A DNA stretch of 64,000 nt from Candidatus Thorarchaeota archaeon (lineage in GTDB: Archaea > Asgardarchaeota > Thorarchaeia > Thorarchaeales > Thorarchaeaceae): positions 1-64,000 of the forward strand of contig JBHLRS010000010.1 in assembly GCA_048882325.1 (NCBI GenBank), read 5' to 3'. The translations under genes were made by a program, and so were the position numbers. The notes under the pieces are model-generated. The model was given only the letters and a program-made list of their open reading frames with translations, was not told the DNA's origin and did not search any database. Each line of letters starts with the position of its first letter. Positions within the stretch are counted from its first letter, which is position 1. Below, piece by piece: positions 10,408 to 18,861 of this stretch.

Positions 10408-11758
10408 TTCCAGTTTCTCCATTCATCAATTCGATGTATGTCTTGTTTCGTCGTTTTCCATAAATCAAGAAGATTCCGAGGCCGATTACTGAGAGTAATC
10501 CTCCCATTTGCAGAACAAAGAAATCCAATGACGGGATAAGGATCACACAGGTTACAAATCCAACTAGTGGAACGACTGGGTACATTGGTGTTTTGAAGGT
10601 CCCAGGGACACTGAGGCCTTTCCGGCGTAGAACGATTACTGATATGTTCACAATAGACTGAGCAATAAGATATCCGAAGACTGATAGCTGTGCTACCCAT
10701 AAAACGTCTGCAGATAGTGTGAAACTGCTCACAAGTAGGAAAACCAGAATCAAAGCTGCTACTGGAACTTTCTGCTTTCTGCTTATTCTGTTGAGCGATT
10801 TCGGAAGGAATCTGTCTCTCCCCATTGAATACACAATTCTGGCACCAGCAAGGAATGTCGCATTCAAGGCTGCATAATTTGACGCAGCCATACCCGCCAT
10901 GCCAATGACTAAGCCACCTGATCCTAGCATAACAGAGAATACATCAGCTATAGGTGTGAAGGTGTCTGCAACTTCGGTGAAGTGTGTCACTCCTACAATG
11001 ACCAGTGATGCAGCCATATAAACCGCTGTTCCAATTAGAATAGTCAGAAAAATGGCTTGTGGAACATTCTTAGCTGGATTCTTGATTTCCTCAGAAGCTG
11101 CTGTCACTAGATTATATCCTACAAAGCTGATATACAGTAATGCAACAGTCGCAACGAAATCTGTTATCTTTGAATTCTCAGCGAAGAATGGTATCAGATT
11201 TGATGGCTCCACAAACTGGAGCCCAATCGCGACAAAAGCAAACAGTATGACTGCCTGAGCGAGATTGAACACACTCAAAACTCCGGATACACTTTTTATA
11301 CTGATGATATTGGTGATGAATGTGATACATATTATTCCAAGGGCAATCACTACGACATATTGCAAACCATTCGGAATGAATGTGGCTAATGTATATGCCA
11401 CTGCTAATGCGTATAGTCCACACGCGACAATATTGCCTATCATCATGAACCAACCAGTTAGAAATGCTGGAAATCCTCCTATTGTGTCATGGACAAACGT
11501 ATACCCCCCTCCTTGCTTTGGAATTGATCCTGCCATTTCTGCATAGTTGGCTGCAGTAAACATTGCAAGAATCCCAGTGAAGAGGTATGCAAAGATCAAT
11601 GCTGGACCTATCATTCCAGCGGCAGTTCCAGAGATGACGTAGATTCCACCACCAAGCATTGCTCCAAGACCAATATTCGTTGCCCCAAAAAGACCTAGAT
11701 TTCGACCAAACTTTTCATTTGCCTGTTCGTCATCGATAGTTTCTGTCAATTGATGCAC
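10394..11758 (-). CDS. APC-family amino acid permease
   Basis: GAMLGGGIY, YAEMAGSIPKQGGGY, SEEIKNPAKNVP, RIVYSMGRDRFLP; about 12 TM segments. Confidence 0.92.
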   Translation of the reverse strand: MHQLTETIDDEQANEKFGRNLGLFGATNIGLGAMLGGGIYVISGTAAGMIGPALIFAYLFTGILAMFTAANYAEMAGSIPKQGGGYTFVHDTIGGFPAFLTGWFMMIGNIVACGLYALAVAYTLATFIPNGLQYVVVIALGIICITFITNIISIKSVSGVLSVFNLAQAVILFAFVAIGLQFVEPSNLIPFFAENSKITDFVATVALLYISFVGYNLVTAASEEIKNPAKNVPQAIFLTILIGTAVYMAASLVIVGVTHFTEVADTFTPIADVFSVMLGSGGLVIGMAGMAASNYAALNATFLAGARIVYSMGRDRFLPKSLNRISRKQKVPVAALILVFLLVSSFTLSADVLWVAQLSVFGYLIAQSIVNISVIVLRRKGLSVPGTFKTPMYPVVPLVGFVTCVILIPSLDFFVLQMGGLLSVIGLGIFLIYGKRRNKTYIELMNGETGITHP

Positions 11759-11884
11759 CGTCGCTAGATTTCGTTAGTAACTCCCGCGGAATCTCTGATT
11801 CGTTCTGGCTCCCCCAACTACATGACTTTTGAAGCTTTTTCTAACACATTTTTCGGTTTCCGTTTGAAACTACACACCTTCAAG

Positions 11885-11892
11885 TTTAAATG
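11885..11892 (+). promoter_or_regulatory. Putative TATA box of ferredoxin copy 1
   Basis: TTTAAATG preceded by AAG, 69 nt before ATG 11954. The same motif recurs at near-identical spacing before copy 2. Confidence 0.5.
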
Positions 11893-11953
11893 GAGTTACA
11901 CTTCGCAAAATCAACGGCGGATTTGCATAAAATCCGAAGACAGAGTGATTTCA

Positions 11954-12133
11954 ATGATCTGGAAAGTCAACGATAACTGTACTGCATGTGGAACCTGTGC
12001 TGACGTTTGTCCTGTTGATCCGACCTTGTATGTGATTAACGACAAAGCTATCTATCAGGTAGATCGAGCAGACGAGTGTACTGAGTGCTATGCCTGTGTT
12101 GATAGTTGCCCCGAGGGCGCTATTGAGGAGTAG
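11954..12133 (+). CDS. 2[4Fe-4S] ferredoxin, copy 1 (59 aa)
   Basis: CTACGTCADVCP and CTECYACVDSCP. Start ATG 11954 inferred by alignment to copy 2 and the gagtgat RBS. Confidence 0.92.
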   Translation: MIWKVNDNCTACGTCADVCPVDPTLYVINDKAIYQVDRADECTECYACVDSCPEGAIEE

Positions 12134-12226
12134 AACTCAAGCGATAACAACACCAATTTGCAATGTGAGTGAGGGGTGACCCGACAGGAATGGGTGTTTC
12201 TTGTCTCTTTGTACATAACCCCGAAG

Positions 12227-12234
12227 TTTAAATG
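12227..12234 (+). promoter_or_regulatory. Putative TATA box of ferredoxin copy 2
   Basis: AAG-TTTAAATG, 71 nt before ATG 12298; conserved with copy 1. Confidence 0.5.
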
Positions 12235-12297
12235 CTGAGATGAGCCGCACCACAAATGCAGGACTCGATTTAGAGTCTTAAGAAGAAGTGATTCACA

Positions 12298-12480
12298 ATG
12301 ATTTGGAAGATAACTGACGCTTGTACAGGAGAAGGAACTTGTGCCGATGTCTGTCCCGTTGACCCAACCCTATTTGTGATTGAAAACGACAAAGCTATCT
12401 ATCAGGTAGATCGAGCAGACGAGTGTACTGAGTGCTATGCCTGTGTTGATAGTTGCCCCGAGGGCGCTATTGAGGAGTAG
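12298..12480 (+). CDS. Dicluster ferredoxin, copy 2 (first motif C-x2-E-x2-C)
   Basis: CTGEGTCADVCP and CTECYACVDSCP. Confidence 0.92.
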   Translation: MIWKITDACTGEGTCADVCPVDPTLFVIENDKAIYQVDRADECTECYACVDSCPEGAIEE

Positions 12481-12529
12481 AACTCAAACGATAATGACCC
12501 GAACTTACAATGTGAGCGAGGGGCAATCC

Positions 12530-12561
12530 GACAGGGGCGTCCTGTATAGGACGTTCCTGTC
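12530..12561. terminator. Long hairpin between convergent genes
   Basis: gacaggggcgtcct-gtat-aggacgttcctgtc forms a 14-bp stem with two G-U pairs. Confidence 0.55.
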
Positions 12562-12575
12562 AGTGACATTCTTTC

Positions 12576-12836
12576 TTATTCCTTCACTTTATACGCATCA
12601 CCAAGTACTGAGTCAAAAAACTCCTTCAGTGACTTCTCATTGAGACTGATTCTCACATGTGCGAACTTGTCCGAGCTTGGATCAAATGTACCTGTGATCT
12701 GTTCAATCTGAGAAACATCATCTAGCATTAACATTGTGCGGGCTTCATCAACCTCTTCATGCATCCCAAATTGCTCACGAATCTTATCCATGGCTTCACG
12801 ATATTCCTCAGGACTCACTCTGTAGAACAGCTTCAT
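12576..12836 (-). CDS. Hypothetical protein (86 aa)
   Basis: Clean ORF with a ggag RBS upstream and protein-like composition. Confidence 0.7.
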   Translation of the reverse strand: MKLFYRVSPEEYREAMDKIREQFGMHEEVDEARTMLMLDDVSQIEQITGTFDPSSDKFAHVRISLNEKSLKEFFDSVLGDAYKVKE

Positions 12837-12937
12837 GTGATGAACTCCAGCGAATTCTGAAATTTGATATTACAGGGGAAGGTATAAGTGATTCAGTAGG
12901 ACGAAGCTATGACTAGACAAGTCGGGAGGACTTTGAC

Positions 12938-14623
12938 TTGAGGAATAACCACCACAAACTAATCAGTTTCTTTATGGTCACTCTTCTGTTGTCTGGATTT
13001 ATACCACTCCTGGTATCCCCGGACTCTTTCATGGCTGAACCACAGAGAGCGTATACGCCCTCTGCATTCACCTGGCAGACCTTCAATAGGAACATGAACG
13101 TGACCACTTTCGTATCACCAGATGGAAGCCATGACACACTATGGCACTTCCTTAACAATGCACAGGATAGTATCTATGTCGAGATCTTCGGGGTTAACAA
13201 TCCGTATATCCTTGACCTCATTCATGAGTTGCATACGACCAAACCTTCACTGGAGATGAAGTTCCTCCTCGGATGGAACAGTATTGGATACTATAGTCCC
13301 AATGACTATGTGGCAAACAATCTCACACTGCTAGGTTACCCAGTGAAATGGACAAATGACTCTGAGTTTACTTATGCTCATCAGAAGTTTGTAATCATTG
13401 ATAATAAGACCACAATTGTTCACTCAGGTAACTGGGCAAAAACAAGCTTCCCCGAGGATGGCATGAAAGCCAACCGAGAATGGAGCATCGCAATGACTGA
13501 CATAGTTGTCACTGATTACTACAGAGATGTCTTCGATTATGACTGGAGTAATGGTATTGACTACGATGCAGGAATTCATGGTACAGGGTCTCCTTTGAGC
13601 TATTCTGAAACTAGTAGTACTTATGCTCGACCCTTTGCCACTTCAGGGGAATTCTCTGGTCCGATGAATGTTACACCAATCTTCAGTCCTGATACGAGCC
13701 TGCAAGGTATTCTGTACTGCATCAACGCAGCCCAGGCAACATTAGACATTCAGATTCCGTACTTCACCAATTGGAATGAAACAGGGAGTGTTGAACAAAT
13801 TCTGGATGCGATAGTTGCAGCCAAAAATCGTGGAGTGACCGTCAGGGTAATCTCAGAGCAAGATTATGATTTTGAAGAGGTCGCAGGTCTCTTCCACGAA
13901 CATAACATCCCAATAGTCTGGCAAGACACTCGTTGGTTCACAGCCAATCATAATAAGGGAATAATCGTAGATGGTCGCATTGTTCTAATCAGTAGCATCA
14001 ACTACAGCGACAATAGCATCGAGAACAATCGAGAGGCTGGAGTCATCATTGAAAATGAAGATGTTGCGCAATGGTACTTGGATGTCTTTGACTTCGATTG
14101 GAGCATCGCTGATTTTGACCACATCAATTTCGTGAATCTGTACTGGTCACCAAATATTCCTACAAGTGCCACTTCCATTGATGTGATTGTTTATGGCCAC
14201 GAGCTTTACTCCGCCCCAATTACTGACGTGAGCCTTGGGGTGAAAATTGGATTAGGTGCTTGGAGCAATTACACAATCACAGGAACCGTCTTCGCATCAG
14301 CAGAAGGCGATCTTGAGAACTACAATCACACTATCCCCGCACAGGCTGATGGTACTAACATCACCGTTCAGGCAACAATTGTGGCTGGTGGTTTAACATA
14401 TGTAGGTGAAGAGATGGTCATCCGGGTACGTGATTCCATCGGACCCATTACTGAACCACCCACAACAACAACACCGTCAACTACATCGACCACAACAACA
14501 CCATCAACAACTCCACCCCCCGGTGATGGTGATCTTGCTGCTCTAATCGCAGAACTGCTGCCATATATTGCACTAGCTATAGTCGCTGCAATAGGTGCGA
14601 TCTGTATCAAGAAGCGGAGATAG
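12938..14623 (+). CDS. Exported phospholipase D-superfamily protein with C-terminal membrane anchor
   Basis: Two HKD motifs (HQKFVIID..SGN; HNKGIIVD..SIN) and NRE motifs; signal peptide; Thr-rich linker, TM helix, KKRR tail. Confidence 0.9.
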   Translation: MRNNHHKLISFFMVTLLLSGFIPLLVSPDSFMAEPQRAYTPSAFTWQTFNRNMNVTTFVSPDGSHDTLWHFLNNAQDSIYVEIFGVNNPYILDLIHELHTTKPSLEMKFLLGWNSIGYYSPNDYVANNLTLLGYPVKWTNDSEFTYAHQKFVIIDNKTTIVHSGNWAKTSFPEDGMKANREWSIAMTDIVVTDYYRDVFDYDWSNGIDYDAGIHGTGSPLSYSETSSTYARPFATSGEFSGPMNVTPIFSPDTSLQGILYCINAAQATLDIQIPYFTNWNETGSVEQILDAIVAAKNRGVTVRVISEQDYDFEEVAGLFHEHNIPIVWQDTRWFTANHNKGIIVDGRIVLISSINYSDNSIENNREAGVIIENEDVAQWYLDVFDFDWSIADFDHINFVNLYWSPNIPTSATSIDVIVYGHELYSAPITDVSLGVKIGLGAWSNYTITGTVFASAEGDLENYNHTIPAQADGTNITVQATIVAGGLTYVGEEMVIRVRDSIGPITEPPTTTTPSTTSTTTTPSTTPPPGDGDLAALIAELLPYIALAIVAAIGAICIKKRR

Positions 14624-14636
14624 TATTAAGAATCCA

Positions 14637-14672
14637 GAGGCCCCTCGAGTTGGGGCCTTCCCATTTTCTTTC
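14637..14672 (+). terminator. GC hairpin plus pyrimidine tract
   Basis: gaggcccc-tcgagtt-ggggcctt followed by cccattttctttc. Confidence 0.6.
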
Positions 14673-14684
14673 AACGTTAGTTGT

Positions 14685-15278
14685 CTATTCTGCCTTCTCT
14701 GCCATTTCAGCGAACTTCAGACAGCTCTCAGCATCAGCCTCCTCACCACGCTTCTGGTGAAGACCACCTGCAATACGATAAGCTCTAGCAACAGCAGGCC
14801 AGTTCTCTTGAGCATCTAGACATAGTGCTAGTGCTTTCCATGTTTCAGGATTACTCGAGTCATACTTGATTGCGTTGTTGTAGGCTTTGATAGCCTCGTC
14901 AATTCTCAGTAGACTCTCCAACGCTCGTGCTTTCTTCTCCCAGAGATCTGCATTCTCTGGCACATGCTGCAAGCCTTCATCTGCAACTTTGTTTGCCTCT
15001 TCAAATGAACCAAGAGTAAGGTATGCTTCTGCTTTGTTTGAATGAGCACGAGGATCGGTTTCTGAAATGCTGATTGCCAAATCAAACGCAACCATTGCCT
15101 CATTCTGTTCGCCAATGTGAATGTGAGTCAGACCCATTTCATTCAATGCATCGAGGTCATCTGGGTTGAGTTGCAATGCACTTCGATAGGCCTCGATTGC
15201 CTTCTTGTTTTGACCTTGCTGTCGTAGAGATCTTGCTCTGGCTATTCTCTGGTCGAAGGTCTGCCCATCTTGTGACAT
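14685..15278 (-). CDS. TPR protein
   Basis: About five TPR units (AIEAYRSALQLNPDD, AIKAYNNAIKYDSSNPETW). Likely start is ATG 15278. Confidence 0.85.
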   Translation of the reverse strand: MSQDGQTFDQRIARARSLRQQGQNKKAIEAYRSALQLNPDDLDALNEMGLTHIHIGEQNEAMVAFDLAISISETDPRAHSNKAEAYLTLGSFEEANKVADEGLQHVPENADLWEKKARALESLLRIDEAIKAYNNAIKYDSSNPETWKALALCLDAQENWPAVARAYRIAGGLHQKRGEEADAESCLKFAEMAEKAE

Positions 15279-15414
15279 AGTTAGCTGTCCACTACTTCTA
15301 GTTTTAATCATATTTCATGCAGATGTCACTGTTTTTGGCTAAATCTATCAAGACGTAAGGATTTTAACAGGGCCGCTCACTCACCAGTCCATCCTTAATC
15401 CAGAGGAAACACGA

Positions 15415-15972
15415 ATGAACGATGATGAAGATACTTTTTTCGAAGATGATGACTACGACGAAGAAGACGAGGAAGAGGAAGACAGTTTTCCTGATGACGA
15501 ATATGAGGACGACGAAGACTATGACTCTATCGACGCTCTATATGATACAGGTGAAGGACGTTTTGCTAACTTTGCTGAAGACCCTTGGCCTCCGACCACG
15601 TTCATTCTGATCTTGATTGGACTTTTTATAGTTCTGCTGACCCCTCCACCACTATGGGCACTCTGGAACTATTTCATCATTTCAGACTACTTCATGATGA
15701 TCATTGGTGGTGCAGCAGCTGCCTATTCTATTGTTGCATGGCATCGAGCTGGACAACACAGATTGCGCTGGGCCGCAGTGACAAACTTGTTTGTTGTACT
15801 TCTCATCGTTGTCATAACCACAATTGACACATTCAGCTGGGTGTTTTACCTGCGTTCGATATTCCCGGGAGTTGAAACACCAATCCTACCCTTAGCATTG
15901 GTTCTAGCAGTTTTCTCGATATACTCACTTTGGGTTATTCAGAGGAATTTTGCCCAACCAACAAGGCGTTAA
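15415..15972 (+). CDS. Membrane protein (about 4 TM) with highly acidic N-terminus
   Basis: First ~44 aa are dominated by D/E, followed by four hydrophobic segments. Confidence 0.75.
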   Translation: MNDDEDTFFEDDDYDEEDEEEEDSFPDDEYEDDEDYDSIDALYDTGEGRFANFAEDPWPPTTFILILIGLFIVLLTPPPLWALWNYFIISDYFMMIIGGAAAAYSIVAWHRAGQHRLRWAAVTNLFVVLLIVVITTIDTFSWVFYLRSIFPGVETPILPLALVLAVFSIYSLWVIQRNFAQPTRR

Positions 15973-15985
15973 TCAGGTGTTTGAA

Positions 15986-16354
15986 ATGAGTGATAGCGTT
16001 CAAACGCTAGATGAACTCATCTCCATAATTCGGAAATTTGTGGAAGACAGAAACTGGGAACAGTACAACAAACCAAGTGCTCTTGCGGTATCTGCATCAA
16101 TTGAGATGGGTGAACTTCTTGAATTATTTCAATGGAAGTCCGACGAAGAGATTCTCGAAGCTCTGAAGGATAAAGAGTTCATCTCAGCATTGGCGGGGGA
16201 GGTAGCTGACGTGATGGTATATCTTCTGCGGATTTGCGATAAGGCTGGTATTAATCCAACTAAGGCTATTGCTGAGAAGATGGAACAGAATGCGAAGAAG
16301 TACCCAATTGAAGAATGGGAAGGCAAAGCCCCCAGTAAGATCAATCGGTTGTGA
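15986..16354 (+). CDS. MazG-like nucleotide pyrophosphohydrolase (dCTP pyrophosphatase type)
   Basis: RNWEQY..P..LA.S..IEMGELLELFQW, GEVADV..YL, KMEQNAKKYP. Confidence 0.9.
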   Translation: MSDSVQTLDELISIIRKFVEDRNWEQYNKPSALAVSASIEMGELLELFQWKSDEEILEALKDKEFISALAGEVADVMVYLLRICDKAGINPTKAIAEKMEQNAKKYPIEEWEGKAPSKINRL

Positions 16355-17138
16355 TAAGTCTAGTATAAAGTTCTGGCCGTCTATCCATTATGAGATCATT
16401 TCGTTTCGTAATCGACTTGTCATCTGCTAAAGAAGGATTGATGTCTGCATAAGCAAGTCCAACTTCATCTCCTAGAACTGTCGCTAGTCTGGTTCCATTG
16501 GTGTCTGTGATTTGAGAGTTTCCAGAAAAAACCACACCTCGTTCAGTGCCAATGCGATTTGCTGTTGCTGTGAATACAGAGTTCTCAATGGAGCGTATCA
16601 CCATCGCATTCTGACAGAACGGTAGAACGAGATTGGACGGGTGGAGAATTACCTGCGCGCCTTTCAAAGCTAGGACTCTCGCCACTTCAGGAAATGCCCA
16701 ATCGAAACAAATCATGACTCCAAATCTTGCCCCATTGAATTGAAAGACGGGAGGTTCTTCGTTCCCTGGGATGAACCAGTCCTTCTCGTTCAAGAAGAGA
16801 TGAATCTTGCGATAAGTCAGAATGTGCGAACCATTTGCAAACACAGCTGCGGAGTTGTAAAGTCCGTGTGATCTTTTTTCACAGATACCTGCAACAACAA
16901 GCCGATTGGATTTTGACCAGTTCAGCAGATCATTTGAGAAGACACCTGTGGAGATTTCCTCTGATGCGAATAAAGCCTCCTCTTGATTCTCAAAGACATA
17001 CCCTGAGTTACACAGTTCGGGGAGAACAAGGACATCGACATTGCTCTGTGCCGCTTTATCGAGAATTGATCTCACCCTTGATTGATTCTTATGAATATCC
17101 GTCACTACTGGTTCCATCTGTCCAACAGCCAGTCTCAA
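16341..17138 (-). CDS. Carbon-nitrogen hydrolase (nitrilase/amidase family)
   Basis: Catalytic triad motifs VLPEL, YRKIHL, ICFDWAFPE. Confidence 0.92.
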   Translation of the reverse strand: MRLAVGQMEPVVTDIHKNQSRVRSILDKAAQSNVDVLVLPELCNSGYVFENQEEALFASEEISTGVFSNDLLNWSKSNRLVVAGICEKRSHGLYNSAAVFANGSHILTYRKIHLFLNEKDWFIPGNEEPPVFQFNGARFGVMICFDWAFPEVARVLALKGAQVILHPSNLVLPFCQNAMVIRSIENSVFTATANRIGTERGVVFSGNSQITDTNGTRLATVLGDEVGLAYADINPSLADDKSITKRNDLIMDRRPELYTRLITTD

Positions 17139-17204
17139 CTTGGTTTCACCTTGTCTTCCTAATCTTTGGTGGGCTTTGTTTCCTTCGGTCTAAAAGAGGA
17201 TGAG

Positions 17205-17227
17205 TTGCGCCTGGGTGACTGGCGCAA
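17205..17227 (-). terminator. Hairpin downstream of mtnP
   Basis: ttgcgcc/ggcgcaa stem followed on the minus strand by ...tcctctttt. Confidence 0.45.
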
Positions 17228-17238
17228 TTATTCTTGTT

Positions 17239-18108
17239 CTAAAACAAACCATTCTGCATTGCAGTCTGGCAATCACAGCTCGCGTCCTTAGGGATATTTG
17301 CAATCATCTCAAAGGTCAACTTTCTGACCCTCTCAACATTTTCAGACATTGTCTTTAGGACCATTGCATGAGTGACAACTTCGTCAGCGTGCACATCGTA
17401 ATCGGTTGGCATCGAAATGTTCACGAAACAGATTCCTGCCTCACGAGCAAGAGCTGCCTCAGGATATGCAGTCATCCCTATGACTTCCCAACCCTGATTG
17501 TGATAGAACATTGATTCAGCCCTTGTTGAGAATCTTGGTCCATTTATACATACATAGGTGCCTCCATCGTGAACTTTGTACTTCACTTGAGCAGCTGTTT
17601 CTACTGCGACCTTTCGCAGTTCTGGACAGAATGGTTCTGCAAAGGGTAGATGGGCTATTGTCCCCTCTTCGAAAAAGGTGTCTTTGCGAACTCCCATTGT
17701 CCGGTCAAAAAGTTGGTCAGCAATCACAAACTCTCCTAGCTTGACTTTTTTTGGTTGAAGACTGCCAGTGGCCGCGGGACTAATGATTCGTTTCACTCCC
17801 AGAGCCTTCATTCCCCAGATGTTTGCTCTGTAATTGATCATATGCGGAGCAATTGTGTGTCCTCGTCCATGTCTTGCAAGAAATGCAAAACTGCGTCCTT
17901 TAACAGTTCCTAGAATGAAATTATCAGATGTTGCTCCGTAGGGTGTGAACACCTTTACCTCGATTGGATTTTCAATCACATCAGAATCATAATTCCCTGA
18001 GCCACCAAACATACCTATCTCAATAGGAAGAAGTTTCTGTAATGCATCTGCCTGACTCCTGTCAGCGGGGACTACTGATAGTTTTGCTTCAAATGCCATT
18101 TTCTCCAC
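17239..18108 (-). CDS. mtnP: S-methyl-5'-thioadenosine phosphorylase
   Basis: GGSG, TPYG, LARHGRGH, INYRANIW, GPRFSTRAES, GMT.YPE, TDYD. Confidence 0.92.
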   Translation of the reverse strand: MEKMAFEAKLSVVPADRSQADALQKLLPIEIGMFGGSGNYDSDVIENPIEVKVFTPYGATSDNFILGTVKGRSFAFLARHGRGHTIAPHMINYRANIWGMKALGVKRIISPAATGSLQPKKVKLGEFVIADQLFDRTMGVRKDTFFEEGTIAHLPFAEPFCPELRKVAVETAAQVKYKVHDGGTYVCINGPRFSTRAESMFYHNQGWEVIGMTAYPEAALAREAGICFVNISMPTDYDVHADEVVTHAMVLKTMSENVERVRKLTFEMIANIPKDASCDCQTAMQNGLF

Positions 18109-18774
18109 CTATTCCTTCATTCTCCATGCTTTGTCGAGTGGATACTCGATGACATCAAGAAATCCCATGTGCGCTTTGATTTTCGATAGCTGATCGTCAG
18201 AGAGTACAACGTTATTGTATTCACGAAGATGTTTCTTCAACTCCTGAGTACTCATCTCCCTTACCTTCTCTCCCTCGAAGATTTTCTTGATAAGTGCAGA
18301 TATATCCTCATAGAAGTTCCAAGGCCATATTTCCCAAGCCCATGCAATCTCAACTCCAAAATAATCTGGAACAAACTTTGAACCTGCGATGTGCATAAGT
18401 GTGGCACTCTTCACGTCAGCTGCACCTTTCTCTTTTACATGTTCAACAGCCATCGTGAGGCTTTCGCCTGTGTCTGTAATATCATCAATAACCAAGACCT
18501 TCTTTCCGTTAACATCTCCAACAAGGGGACAAGTTAGTTTGGCTTTACCATCCTTTGTTGCAGTCACACCCCAGTGATCCACCTTCACCGAATACAGGTC
18601 CTTGACCCCTAATAGATCACATGCAATCCTGGCATGAACCCATCCGCCTCTAGCAATTCCGACGATAGCATCTGGCCTCCACCCAGACCTCTTCACCTTC
18701 GTTGCTGTTTGATAGGCGTAGTTGTAGATATCATCAAAATCAAGTACATAGCATAATGGACCTTTAAGCTCCAT
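18109..18774 (-). CDS. Purine phosphoribosyltransferase (Gpt/Hpt-like type I PRTase)
   Basis: GIARGG and PRPP loop VLVIDDITDTGESL; PDYF; W..WPW. Confidence 0.88.
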   Translation of the reverse strand: MELKGPLCYVLDFDDIYNYAYQTATKVKRSGWRPDAIVGIARGGWVHARIACDLLGVKDLYSVKVDHWGVTATKDGKAKLTCPLVGDVNGKKVLVIDDITDTGESLTMAVEHVKEKGAADVKSATLMHIAGSKFVPDYFGVEIAWAWEIWPWNFYEDISALIKKIFEGEKVREMSTQELKKHLREYNNVVLSDDQLSKIKAHMGFLDVIEYPLDKAWRMKE

Positions 18775-18861
18775 AATAGTCAGCCACCGAGGTATCGATT
18801 TCTTTCAGACTATGATAAAAAGATGTCCCTTCGCCTTTTGCATAGAAGCTTGACTTTGAAC

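Larger units (their letters stand above)
12038..12487 (+). repeat. 103-bp perfect direct repeat (12038-12140 = 12385-12487) within the ferredoxin duplication
   Basis: Direct comparison: aacgacaaagct...gaggagtagaactcaa is identical in both copies. Confidence 0.9.

Noticed and set aside
11822-11953. 44-aa N-terminal extension of ferredoxin copy 1 in the ORF track
   Set aside because: Copy 2 aligns from MIWK, and the extension contains the TATA-like element and RBS.
12837-12895. Possible C/D-box sRNA (GTGATGA...CTGA...TGATAT...GTGA)
   Set aside because: The terminal D box is imperfect, and the sequence is explained by the start and RBS of the minus-strand gene and the PLD promoter region.
14455-14520. 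ACA-rich short tandem repeats
   Set aside because: They encode the Thr-rich linker of the PLD protein; not a CRISPR or VNTR element.
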